Source: an uncultured virus (IMG/VR IMGVR_UViG_3300008448_000010)
Lineage: Duplodnaviria; Heunggongvirae; Uroviricota; Caudoviricetes
DNA length: 56,653 nt
Direction: 5' to 3' (one strand)
IMG/VR virus record: IMGVR_UViG_3300008448_000010
The notes under the pieces: model-generated
Database searches by the model: none
Seen by the model: only the letters and a program-made list of their open reading frames with translations
Told to the model about the DNA's origin: nothing
Part shown: piece by piece, positions 1 to 9,893 of the stretch
Position numbering within the stretch: position 1 is the first letter of the stretch
How the letters are laid out: every line of letters begins with the position of its first letter
Program-made: the position numbers and the translations under genes

Positions 1-3000
1 TATTAGCTGATAAGATTTTATCATCTGTAGTGCTGACACTCATCTCAATTGGTAAGACAGCAATCTTAGCTTCTGTGCCAAGCATACTCATTAACAAATT
101 AGCATTAGCTGTTTGTAGCATTGCTGCTTGTTTTATCTTAGACTTAGGATTATCTTTTTTATTAAAGATATCCCAGTTACTTTTTGAATCCGGGGTCACT
201 GCTACAATAGTTAAATTACTATTTGCATCTGCTACTAGTAAGTCTATTGTACTAGCCATTTTAGATTTAGTATCATATACCGTCAATCCTTGAGATACAA
301 TAAATAATTCACCATTATCTACTCTTTGTTTTAACTTAGTAAGATATCCTTTATCACCAAATAGATTATCATATGCTTCTTGAGTAATTTTAGTTTCATC
401 AAACATAGGAGTTCCTTCTGGATCAAATAAGTTTTTAACTTGTTCATCTACATAATCTTTAAATGGAGATTTAACTTCTTCAATACCTAATGCATTATTA
501 GCAGTTTGGTATTCTTCACCATTTACTGTTATACCTTCTTCAGTTATTACTATATCACCTTGCTTTTCTTTAATAGTATTAATTTTATCTATAGCTGCTC
601 TAAGTTCAGGAGTTAATCCTTTTCTGGATCTGGTTGCAATAAGTTTTTCAAAGTCAGTAACAAGAACTTTGTACTTACTCTTATTAGTCATATCTTCTGT
701 AGTAGCATTTTCTTTATTATCAATTTCATTAATAAGTGCTCTGAATCTTCTTTGGATTTTTCTAAGATCAACAACTGTTTTATAGTCCTCTGTACTTTTT
801 TCTTTACCTTGGTACATAAATTTAAACTCACCTTTCTCACCAGTTTCTTTAGTAGTTACATCTAACTTTTTCTTTTTATTAAATTCATCTATCTCAGCTT
901 TTGCATCTTTATCAGTTTTCAAAAATCTATTAAATAAATTTAATTCTTCTTCTTCTGTAAGATTAACTTGATCTTGATCACTTAATTTAGATAGTATTTT
1001 TTCATTAAAAGATTTATATAAACTATTATATAAAGCTGGATAATCAAGAAGATTCTCAGAGTCATTTGTAACAGGTACAAAATCTACTACAGGTTTTTCT
1101 TCTTCAGTTGTAATTTCTTCAAGTCTATCTGCATATTCTTCTCTTGTCTTATTTTTAAGTTCTTCATATCTTTTTTCTATAGGAGCAACTAATTGAGGAT
1201 CAGATTGCTCACTGACAGTATATATTTGAACACTTGTAAAATCAACAGTTGCCTTTAAATTTTTAAAAATTTCACCTTCTTTTCCATCTAATCTAAGATT
1301 TCCTTCAAGATCTTTATATAACACTAAAGGTTCTGCATCTTCACTAAAAACACCTTCTGCAAATTCTTCTTGACCAAGTGTATTAAAAATTTCAGCAAGA
1401 GTTATATTAACTCCATTCTTAGATTTAAGAGTATTGCTAACAATCTTAACTTCTTTTTTTGGAACTCTATTAATAGCTTCTGCCATTTGCTCATCTATCT
1501 CATCAAGTTTAACACTTAATGATTGATCTAATGATTCTTTTAATGTTCCTGTTGATTGATCTTTAAGACTAGAAGCTTGTTCAAAAAATGCATAATAGTC
1601 ATCATAAGCTTTTGTTCCTTCAGGAATGATCATCTTTCTTGCATTATCAAAAAATTCTGAAGGTGGAGTAGCATCTTTTTTCCATTGAGCAAAATCATCA
1701 AGGCTGATATAAATACCTTCATTTGCTAATTTATTTAGTAAAGCATTATCTATAACTAAATCTAATTGCTCTCTGATCATTTTTTCATAGATCTCTCCTC
1801 TTTTATTATAGAGTTCTTTCATCCATTTTCTGTTTCTATCAGCAGTTTCCATGAGTGCATTTGGATCATGTAATAAATTTACATATTTCATTAAGTTATT
1901 AGCTTCATATCCTAATTTATAATGATCAGCTAATAATTCATAAGACTCATCAACATTTTGATCAAAAAGATAATCTCCATTTACTTCAGCAAGTGCTCTT
2001 AAATAATCTTTATAAGCTGCTTCATGTTCTGAAAATATTTTTATTTTATTTTCATCATTATATTCTCCAAAATTACTATCCATTACTTTTTCAACTTCTT
2101 CATCAGTTACAGGTACATCACTTTGTTTTTGAAGTTCAGCTTTGATAGCAGCAGCTTTTTCATATCTATTAAAAAAGTTACTGAACTTAACAGTTTTTTC
2201 TCCTAGCTTAGTTAAAGCTTCTAATTTTCTTTGTTTAATAGTATACTGTCTTTGAGATTCAGGATCTTTAAGTTCTTTTAATGTTGCTACTTCATCTTTA
2301 AGCATAGCAACTTCATTTCTTAACTTATCATGATCAAAAATAACTTCAGAGTCTCTTTGTGTCATTCCCTGTAAAGGAGCTTGTGAAAGATACTTAGCCA
2401 TAATTTGTGATTTTCTAGCCATAGTATCCTTAAAGGATTGTTTAAAATAAACAGCATTTTGTACTGCTTTTTTCCAACCTTCTTTTAATGCTACAGCATC
2501 TTCATATTCAGGACTACCTTTTGGTGGAAGATTATCATCAGTAATTGGATTAGGATATCTTTCATTAATATTTTTATAGTCTTGTTCTACTTCATCTAGT
2601 TTTTTAAGAGTATCTGGAATCTTTGCTTGATACTTAGCACCCTCACCTTTTGGTACAGTAGGCACAGCTTCTTCAAATTCTTCTGGAGTCATTTCACTAA
2701 AATGTCTCATTTTTTCTTTAAAGATATCAGTAGTTCCATTATTAAACAAGTATTCCATTTGACTTACAATTCCTTCTAAGTCAGCATCATTTGCTTGTTT
2801 TTTAGAACCTTGTTCTTTTATATTTGCTACACCTTCTTGTACAGCATAATTAAAAGTTTTAGAATCTAAAAATTCTTGTATATCTATACCATTTAACTGA
2901 GCAATAAGCTTTTTAGTAATATTTAATTTTTGTTTTTTAAATGTATTATAAGTTTCTTTATCAAACATTTTATTATAACCAATAGATAATTGTTGAAATG

Positions 3001-4756
3001 CAGAATTTAATGGAGTAGCTAATGTTCCCATAGCAAAACCTGAAGCAAATGTTTCAAATCCTGTAGCTGTAAATTGATTACCTAGTTCCTTACCATAATA
3101 ATCTAATTGAGATGCAGTATTATATTTAGATACTGCTTTTGAATATTCATGTGAACCTAAAGCTTTACTATTAAAGGTATCTGAGTAGTATTTTTCATTT
3201 GCTCCAGAAATAACTTCTTGTAAATTTTCTTGAATACCTTCTGTAAAATTCTTTTTAAAATAACCTAAGGTACCTAAAGCAGCTTTATGAATAGGTTTTC
3301 TCATGTAATCTAAAATCATGTTTTTAAAATTAGCTTTTTCAAACTGAATTTTTTTACCTGCTTTATTGTACATTATATTACCATAATCCCCAAACTTGCC
3401 ACCTTTAATTGTTTTAAATTCACTAATAGAGTTTTTTAAGTAACCTCTAATACCACCTTTTGGCCCCATGATATTTGGGAATACAATAGCATTACTACCA
3501 TATATAAGAGCAGAATTCCACAGTACTGTATTAAGAGCTCCTTTCTTAGATTGCTTAATCATATCATACTGTAAAGCATTACCTGGAGCCTTATCATTTT
3601 TAGCATAGTATTGATTATATAGATTATCATAAATTTGATTCTCTACCATACCACCTTCAAGTCTAGCCTCAGATAAAGCCATGTTCATTCTTACAACATC
3701 TCTGTAAAAACCTCCTGCTGTTTTATAAGCCTTTCCCAAGTTAGTTAAATTATCTGCAGTCTTTGCAGCTTCATATGCTCTAACTGTACCACCTATAGGG
3801 CTTAGAGGCATCTTACCTACATTTCTTGCTTGTTCCCAAAATTTTCTAGCACTCTGAACATTATTAATGCTATCTAAACTAGTATTAACAGCTTTATAAC
3901 CATCTTTTGCAAGATCTAAACCCTTAAATGCTTTTGCAGTATTCTTAAGTAAGTTAGCTGTAGATACAAAAAAACTTCCTCCTAATGTTTCAGGTGCAAG
4001 TAAAACACCACCAATTTCCTCTAAGATAGCTTCAGACATAATACCTGCTGAGTATCCAAAGTTCATTATGGTATTGTTAGCAAATGAAAGAACTCCTTTT
4101 TTGCTAGATTGACCAATAGCTGCTGCTTCTTTATAAGCTGCTGCATCTTCAAGGTCTGTTCCAAAAAAATCTCCAGTAAGCATTTTACCTAAACTTTTAG
4201 GACCAGCTACAAAACCTCTTCCAAACAAAGGCCAGAATGAATTAGTCATCATTCTTTTATGATCATCCCACCAAGTAGTATGTGCATTAAATAAAGATTC
4301 ATTATCTCTTATTGGAGAGAATCCTATTTCATCAAACTTTTCTTGACCATATGCTTGATACCTTTTATAAAATGCATTACTATCTGGTCCTGCATCATAA
4401 GAATATATCTTTGCATAAGTATTTTTATCTTGTTTAGCTTGTATAGCAGCTTTTAAATTTTGTTTAACAGCAGCTTTTATATCATTATAACTAGCTGATT
4501 TATTTAAACCAGGTTTATTTTGTGGAACTCCAACAATACTTTGTCTTACATTTTTTTGTGGAGACTCAAGATTATTTATATTAGGTCTTATTGGGAAAAA
4601 CTGTTCTCCTTGATCAGGAAAATTAGTTTTAGGCATTTCAATTCTATCTCCCTCAAAAGGAGATAAACCTTTACTATCTATTATAGGTGCATTTATTTTT
4701 CCATACTCAGGCCCTAATGGATCCAAAGAATTAAAAACTTCATCATTAATTGCCAT
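1..4756 (-). CDS. Giant virion cargo/ejection protein, partial (at least 1585 aa, runs off left edge); crAss-like virion RNA polymerase-locus candidate
   Basis: Not in the ORF track. Manual translation from ATG at 4756 gives MAINDEVFNSLDPLGPEYGKINAP..., and the same frame reads ...TDDKILSAN at the window edge. No stop-terminated ORF is listed in this frame, consistent with an open frame. It overlaps the end of the 978-aa gene. Position after the cargo genes matches crAss-like giant genes; no RNAP catalytic motif noticed in the part read. Confidence 0.8.
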   Translation of the reverse strand, partial: MAINDEVFNSLDPLGPEYGKINAPIIDSKGLSPFEGDRIEMPKTNFPDQGEQFFPIRPNINNLESPQKNVRQSIVGVPQNKPGLNKSASYNDIKAAVKQNLKAAIQAKQDKNTYAKIYSYDAGPDSNAFYKRYQAYGQEKFDEIGFSPIRDNESLFNAHTTWWDDHKRMMTNSFWPLFGRGFVAGPKSLGKMLTGDFFGTDLEDAAAYKEAAAIGQSSKKGVLSFANNTIMNFGYSAGIMSEAILEEIGGVLLAPETLGGSFFVSTANLLKNTAKAFKGLDLAKDGYKAVNTSLDSINNVQSARKFWEQARNVGKMPLSPIGGTVRAYEAAKTADNLTNLGKAYKTAGGFYRDVVRMNMALSEARLEGGMVENQIYDNLYNQYYAKNDKAPGNALQYDMIKQSKKGALNTVLWNSALIYGSNAIVFPNIMGPKGGIRGYLKNSISEFKTIKGGKFGDYGNIMYNKAGKKIQFEKANFKNMILDYMRKPIHKAALGTLGYFKKNFTEGIQENLQEVISGANEKYYSDTFNSKALGSHEYSKAVSKYNTASQLDYYGKELGNQFTATGFETFASGFAMGTLATPLNSAFQQLSIGYNKMFDKETYNTFKKQKLNITKKLIAQLNGIDIQEFLDSKTFNYAVQEGVANIKEQGSKKQANDADLEGIVSQMEYLFNNGTTDIFKEKMRHFSEMTPEEFEEAVPTVPKGEGAKYQAKIPDTLKKLDEVEQDYKNINERYPNPITDDNLPPKGSPEYEDAVALKEGWKKAVQNAVYFKQSFKDTMARKSQIMAKYLSQAPLQGMTQRDSEVIFDHDKLRNEVAMLKDEVATLKELKDPESQRQYTIKQRKLEALTKLGEKTVKFSNFFNRYEKAAAIKAELQKQSDVPVTDEEVEKVMDSNFGEYNDENKIKIFSEHEAAYKDYLRALAEVNGDYLFDQNVDESYELLADHYKLGYEANNLMKYVNLLHDPNALMETADRNRKWMKELYNKRGEIYEKMIREQLDLVIDNALLNKLANEGIYISLDDFAQWKKDATPPSEFFDNARKMIIPEGTKAYDDYYAFFEQASSLKDQSTGTLKESLDQSLSVKLDEIDEQMAEAINRVPKKEVKIVSNTLKSKNGVNITLAEIFNTLGQEEFAEGVFSEDAEPLVLYKDLEGNLRLDGKEGEIFKNLKATVDFTSVQIYTVSEQSDPQLVAPIEKRYEELKNKTREEYADRLEEITTEEEKPVVDFVPVTNDSENLLDYPALYNSLYKSFNEKILSKLSDQDQVNLTEEEELNLFNRFLKTDKDAKAEIDEFNKKKKLDVTTKETGEKGEFKFMYQGKEKSTEDYKTVVDLRKIQRRFRALINEIDNKENATTEDMTNKSKYKVLVTDFEKLIATRSRKGLTPELRAAIDKINTIKEKQGDIVITEEGITVNGEEYQTANNALGIEEVKSPFKDYVDEQVKNLFDPEGTPMFDETKITQEAYDNLFGDKGYLTKLKQRVDNGELFIVSQGLTVYDTKSKMASTIDLLVADANSNLTIVAVTPDSKSNWDIFNKKDNPKSKIKQAAMLQTANANLLMSMLGTEAKIAVLPIEMSVSTTDDKILSAN

Positions 4757-7682
4757 TAGATAACTGTTTATTTAAATCCATTATTGCATCAAATTGATCG
4801 GGCATCATATCTCTTGTAGACTCTAAGTTAGTTCCAAGATTTGAAGTATTTTCTACTTCAGTTTCATATTCATATTTACCTTTCTCTGGGTTCCATAATG
4901 GAAATGAAGTTGAAGTAGTATAATCACCTGTACCTAATTTATTTTTTTCAATTGTAAATTTATAATTTTCATTTCTTGGATCAGTATATGTATATGATCC
5001 AACTTGATCTACATAAGATTGTAAAGGAGACTGGAATGCACTTTTGTACATTGTATTAGTCATATCTTTAGAATCAGTGATATAAGAAATACCATTCTGT
5101 AAAATATAATTATATTCATCTGCACTTATTAAACCTGTTCCTGTACCATCTTTACCAGATTTTACATAATCTTTTAACCATTCAGCATCTGGATGGATAA
5201 TAATAGCAGCTTTATTCATTGATCCAATAGCTATTGGAGAAACACCAATACGGAAATTACCCATTTTAGTTTTTGGATTAGTTAACTCACCTCTTATAGC
5301 TTCAAATAATGCTTTACCAACATTATTCTTAGATTCCATTTCTCCTCTTTTATTCCAAGTATCTTTACTTATGCCTCCAAAAGTTACTCTGTTTTTATCA
5401 TTAGCACCCCAATCCATTTTAGCTAAGTCTTTAAAAGCTTCAGCTGTCCAAATTGTACTTGCTGTACCATGTGCTTTAGGATTAACCCATGTAGTTGTGG
5501 TACCCATAGTAAACTTACCTGTACCCGACATAGTACCTAATTTATCTAAACCTGGTACATTTTTTTTAACTCTGCCTGAAGTATATACTCTACTAGCTGC
5601 TTTTACTAAGCTATTATAATCTACAGATTCTGGTTGAGATTCTACAGGCATAGCAGGTAAACCTGGTCCCATAGATACATAAACTGGATCTTTTTTATAT
5701 GTTTTACCTTTTTCAGCATCTGATTTATTAATTTTACCAGCTTTTTCAAGAGCTCCATAAAAGTCTTTTTGACTTCTTAGATTACCCTTATTATCATATA
5801 GATAATCTACATATTTATAACCTTGCTTTCTTAAATCTCTTTCTACTTCATAAGAAGTTTGTTTTCTCCAATCAGCATCTGCTTTAAGATAATTAGTATA
5901 ATCTTGAAACTTCATAGAACTAACTGCAAAGTTTTTATATTCAGTGGTAGATAATCCTGATAATTGACCATTTTGAGATACCCAAGTATTCATTCTACTA
6001 TTTATCTTAGCTAAATCATCAGCTCCTACTTCAGCACGTAACCATTCAGAACCATATTTATTAAGTTTCTTAGAAAATAAATCAACACTAATGTTAGGAT
6101 TTTTGCCATAAGATAATATCTTACCAGCTTCTTGTTTACTCATTGTACCTTCTTTAACCATTTTTTCAATTAAAGTTAGTGCATTTGTTAAGTAAGGTTT
6201 TGCAATACTTTCAGTTTGTAATCTATTAATATGTCTACTAGCTTCTTTTAAATTAAGTTTATCAGTAGATGTACCTTTATCATTTGGATCTACAAACATT
6301 TGATTTAAAGCTTCTACTGGTAGAATTTCTCCAGTTTCCTCATCTTGATAATAAGTACCAGATTCTAATTTCCATTTCATTAGTGCTGTATCTTTTTCAC
6401 CTGCATTTCTAATTCTAGCGGCTCTCTCTAAACCAGCATTTCTAGCTGCAGTTTCTTGCATACTATAACGGTGTTTTACATCTAATACAGCATATGGGTT
6501 AGCATCAATATCTACTTTAGAATCTTTAAAGGCAAATATATTAGCAGCTTCATCTAAATCTTTTTGCATTAAAGTAGAAGCCATTCCATTGTCAACTTTA
6601 TACCTTAAAGACTTAATATCTCCAAAAGGATTTACAAAACCAGTAGATGTAGTTGCAGTACTTTGACCACTGCTTAATTCTTTTTGTTCATCTTCTGCTC
6701 TTACTAATACTTGATCATTAATATCTTTATTCATTTTATATTGAGACAGCATCAATTTTACTTCTGGAGATGCTGTTCCCTTTTCAACTTGATTTTCAAG
6801 ATCTTTTATTTTTGCATCATAAGATAGTGATCTTTCTTTAAGTCCAAGATATCTTACAGCACTTTGAGCTTTTAAAACATTAAAACTATTCTCAAGATAT
6901 TTCATCTCAGCTGCATTCTTGTCTCCTTTAAATTGAGCAGCATTAGAATATGCATAATTTTTTCTATTTACATATGCCTGTGTTTTATATACTTCTTGAA
7001 TTCCTGGATCATTTCCTAATCTAGCTTCAAATAACTTTTGTAAGGGTTCAATTAATTGTTCACCATTCTTTGTTTTAACAATCCATTTTCCATCTTTACT
7101 AAAGTCAACTGATGAAATAGATAATCCAGCATCTTTAGCTATCTCTTGTGCTTTTTCAACAGCATTTACATAAGGTGTATAAGTTGCATTTTCAAAAGAT
7201 AATGCATCAGCATCTGAAGCTTCTTTAAATTCATCTCTTTTAAAATTCATTGCAGCAATACCATCAGACCAATATTGTGATCTTTGTTTCTGATCATAGG
7301 CATTTTTTAAGCTTTCTCCAAAACCAACATTACTCATGTAGTTTTTTGTCCAAGCCATATCTTTCATTAGATTTTTATCTTCATAAAAAGGTTTAAAAAT
7401 CTGAGTAGCTTGATCTACATTTTGTTCTAATGATAAATCTAATTGTGAAACTCTTTGTAAATTAAATTCAATTTGCTTAAGATAATTATCTTTTTTTGCA
7501 ATATTGGGATCTCTTGTTAAATCAGCATTATAATACTGACCATACATTTTATTTAAAGCTTTCCAATTTGTATCATATTGTGTTTGCTTTGTTTGCAAAA
7601 CATTAGAATAAAAATTATAGTCAGGCTGAAAAGGCTGAAATTGAGGAATGTAATCTGTGACACCTTGAATATATGTTGCCAT
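4746..7682 (-). CDS. Putative virion cargo/ejection protein (978 aa)
   Basis: Long helical, charged ORF (MATYIQGVTDYIPQFQPFQPD) between a cargo-protein-1-like gene and the giant ORF, as in crAss-like gene order. Confidence 0.6.
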   Translation of the reverse strand: MATYIQGVTDYIPQFQPFQPDYNFYSNVLQTKQTQYDTNWKALNKMYGQYYNADLTRDPNIAKKDNYLKQIEFNLQRVSQLDLSLEQNVDQATQIFKPFYEDKNLMKDMAWTKNYMSNVGFGESLKNAYDQKQRSQYWSDGIAAMNFKRDEFKEASDADALSFENATYTPYVNAVEKAQEIAKDAGLSISSVDFSKDGKWIVKTKNGEQLIEPLQKLFEARLGNDPGIQEVYKTQAYVNRKNYAYSNAAQFKGDKNAAEMKYLENSFNVLKAQSAVRYLGLKERSLSYDAKIKDLENQVEKGTASPEVKLMLSQYKMNKDINDQVLVRAEDEQKELSSGQSTATTSTGFVNPFGDIKSLRYKVDNGMASTLMQKDLDEAANIFAFKDSKVDIDANPYAVLDVKHRYSMQETAARNAGLERAARIRNAGEKDTALMKWKLESGTYYQDEETGEILPVEALNQMFVDPNDKGTSTDKLNLKEASRHINRLQTESIAKPYLTNALTLIEKMVKEGTMSKQEAGKILSYGKNPNISVDLFSKKLNKYGSEWLRAEVGADDLAKINSRMNTWVSQNGQLSGLSTTEYKNFAVSSMKFQDYTNYLKADADWRKQTSYEVERDLRKQGYKYVDYLYDNKGNLRSQKDFYGALEKAGKINKSDAEKGKTYKKDPVYVSMGPGLPAMPVESQPESVDYNSLVKAASRVYTSGRVKKNVPGLDKLGTMSGTGKFTMGTTTTWVNPKAHGTASTIWTAEAFKDLAKMDWGANDKNRVTFGGISKDTWNKRGEMESKNNVGKALFEAIRGELTNPKTKMGNFRIGVSPIAIGSMNKAAIIIHPDAEWLKDYVKSGKDGTGTGLISADEYNYILQNGISYITDSKDMTNTMYKSAFQSPLQSYVDQVGSYTYTDPRNENYKFTIEKNKLGTGDYTTSTSFPLWNPEKGKYEYETEVENTSNLGTNLESTRDMMPDQFDAIMDLNKQLSNGN

Positions 7683-7703
7683 AATTTATCTTTATCTATA
7701 CTG

Positions 7704-7748
7704 TAAATATATTAAAATTTTATAAGTTTACTAAACTTTAAAAGTTTA
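7704..7748 (-). promoter_or_regulatory. Putative promoter TTTA-N20-TATATTTA with overlapping palindrome TAAACTTT-A-AAAGTTTA
   Basis: Intergenic. -7-like box 7704-7711, -33-like box 7732-7735, inverted repeat 7732-7748. Resembles the Bacteroidota TTTG / TAnnTTTG promoter. Confidence 0.6.
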
Positions 7749-7751
7749 TAG

Positions 7752-9884
7752 CTAAATGATTGGGAATGTAGAATACACATAACCACCATGTTCAAAAAAC
7801 TGTCCACCATATTTTCCAAACTTAAGTTCCATTAATTTTGCTTGAACTTTTGGATCATATTTAGAAATAGATTGAGCATATTCTTCTGGTGTTATTTCTT
7901 TTGTACCTGGACTAACTTTTTTCTGAGTAGGTGTATAATTAACCAAACCTCCAGAACGTGGACCCACTTGATAATTAGGATACATTTGATTCATAGCATC
8001 TGTCTTAGCTCTATTAGTAAGTGCAGTATTATATGATTCTCTTACATTAGCTCTACCTTGTCTTTTAGCATTTTCAAACTGTTGATTAGCAATAACATTT
8101 TTATCATACAATCTGTTTGCCATCTGTTGGTTCAACATGTTTTCTTGGTTTCTTACACCAACTTGGGCTGCTTCAAACTGATTACCAATATTTACATTTT
8201 GGTTATTAGTTTGTGATGCTAAATCTGCTGCAGCAGCTGCATTTGCTCCTTGTATTGCAGATAAGTTTGCACCTTGGCCTTGAGCTCTAGCAAATTGTCC
8301 GGCAGCTTGAGAAGCAACATTAGCAGCAGCATTTATTTTTCCTTGACCACGTGTGTCATCTAAAAATGTAGGTCTAGGTTCTTCAAGATCAGCTCTTACT
8401 TCAAATGGTATATCTTTTCTAATACGTGCTAATTCTCCAACTGCACCAAAAGTATTTACTGTATCTTGTAACCACCATTCTGGATTACGTTCTGTGTTAT
8501 TTTTATATACTCCTGATCCTGGATAATCTTTAGTACAGTCATTACAGTTACCATTTGCATCTTCACCAGGATCATATGTTTTACCGGTATCCGGATCAGT
8601 ACACTCACATGGAGATTTTGAAGTTGTAGTAGTTGTAGTTATTTCAGGTGTTTCTTCTTCATTATAAAAGGCATCTTGTTTTTCTGTAAATTTCTCTTCA
8701 GCTTTAGGAATACAATCTTTAAGTAAAGCTGTTAAACCTGCCGTGGTTCCATGACCTTCTGATACAAGTTGTGCAATTGTAGCACCTTGCATTAATCTAT
8801 CACACATACTTCCTGCCCATCCTGATGATGGTCTTGATCCTCCTGGAATAGCTCTACCACCTATATAAGTTCTTTCAGCACCAGGAATACTTCTATAGTA
8901 ACCTTGAGCATTAGGACCAGCACCTGCAACAGTTCCTTTTTTATATCCAGAACCTTCTGCAGGACTCATATTTCTTTTTTGAGCAGCAATACCATTTACA
9001 GTAACACCATCTTGTGCACTATACAAACTACCACCATAAGCCATTTCATATGGATCACTAGAGTAAGGCATATCATAGCCTCCCATTTCCATTCCATAAG
9101 CTGCCATAGGAGCTTGTTGCATTTGTTGCATACCTTGTTGAGGCATTGCTACCGGTTCACCATTAGGCATTTGCATTGGCATTTCTTTCATACCTTGCAT
9201 TTCAGAATACTCACCCATTTCTTGTTCAGGCATTTCTTCTTGCTCTTCTGGTTTTTTAGGTATCAAATCTTCTTCTGAAATTCCATTTGCTTCCATATAA
9301 GGTTCAGCAATTTTAGGGATACCTTGTGGAAATGATTTTTTAGATTCTTGAGCTAAAGCTAAAGCACCTAATTTTAAAACACAAGTTTTAATCATTAACT
9401 CAGCAGTTTTTATATCTATCTTATCTGAGTTAGGATCTTGTAAAATTTGTCTGTACTTATTGATATCAAATTTCTTTGATAACTCTGCAGGAGTATAACC
9501 ACCTTTCTTAGCAGTCTTATTAAACATTTTAAGAATATGAGGATCTGAAATCTTCATAGACTTAGTATCACTGAAAATAAAACTATCATCAGGAAGATTA
9601 AGAGGTACTCCTCCATTGTAATGTCTTGGTCCTACTATTTTTTTAAATGAAGCTATGTTACTTCCATCTAAGTTACCAACTACAGTCTCTCCACCTTCAG
9701 CTTCAAGATTTGCTTCTTTTCTAGGAACAGCAGAAATAGTTTTACTAACTTTAGTATCTGGTTGTCCAATATAGGCATTGTAGTCTGCACCTCCAAAAGC
9801 AGGTACATCATTTGCTAAAGCTCCACGTACTTGGTACCCAGTTCTTGCTTTAGGAACAACTTTAATTTTAACTCTTCTTAACAT
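7752..9884 (-). CDS. Cargo protein 1-like virion protein (710 aa)
   Basis: N-terminal EAEGGETV...GPRHYNGGVP...FIFSD motif recalled from crAss-like cargo proteins; Q/N/A-rich helical C-terminal half; several xxxGG motifs. Confidence 0.65.
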   Translation of the reverse strand: MLRRVKIKVVPKARTGYQVRGALANDVPAFGGADYNAYIGQPDTKVSKTISAVPRKEANLEAEGGETVVGNLDGSNIASFKKIVGPRHYNGGVPLNLPDDSFIFSDTKSMKISDPHILKMFNKTAKKGGYTPAELSKKFDINKYRQILQDPNSDKIDIKTAELMIKTCVLKLGALALAQESKKSFPQGIPKIAEPYMEANGISEEDLIPKKPEEQEEMPEQEMGEYSEMQGMKEMPMQMPNGEPVAMPQQGMQQMQQAPMAAYGMEMGGYDMPYSSDPYEMAYGGSLYSAQDGVTVNGIAAQKRNMSPAEGSGYKKGTVAGAGPNAQGYYRSIPGAERTYIGGRAIPGGSRPSSGWAGSMCDRLMQGATIAQLVSEGHGTTAGLTALLKDCIPKAEEKFTEKQDAFYNEEETPEITTTTTTSKSPCECTDPDTGKTYDPGEDANGNCNDCTKDYPGSGVYKNNTERNPEWWLQDTVNTFGAVGELARIRKDIPFEVRADLEEPRPTFLDDTRGQGKINAAANVASQAAGQFARAQGQGANLSAIQGANAAAAADLASQTNNQNVNIGNQFEAAQVGVRNQENMLNQQMANRLYDKNVIANQQFENAKRQGRANVRESYNTALTNRAKTDAMNQMYPNYQVGPRSGGLVNYTPTQKKVSPGTKEITPEEYAQSISKYDPKVQAKLMELKFGKYGGQFFEHGGYVYSTFPII

Positions 9885-9893
9885 ATTATATAT

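Noticed and set aside
1..4756. Calling the giant ORF the virion RNA polymerase
   Set aside because: No DxDxD catalytic motif noticed in the portion read, and the gene is truncated by the window edge.
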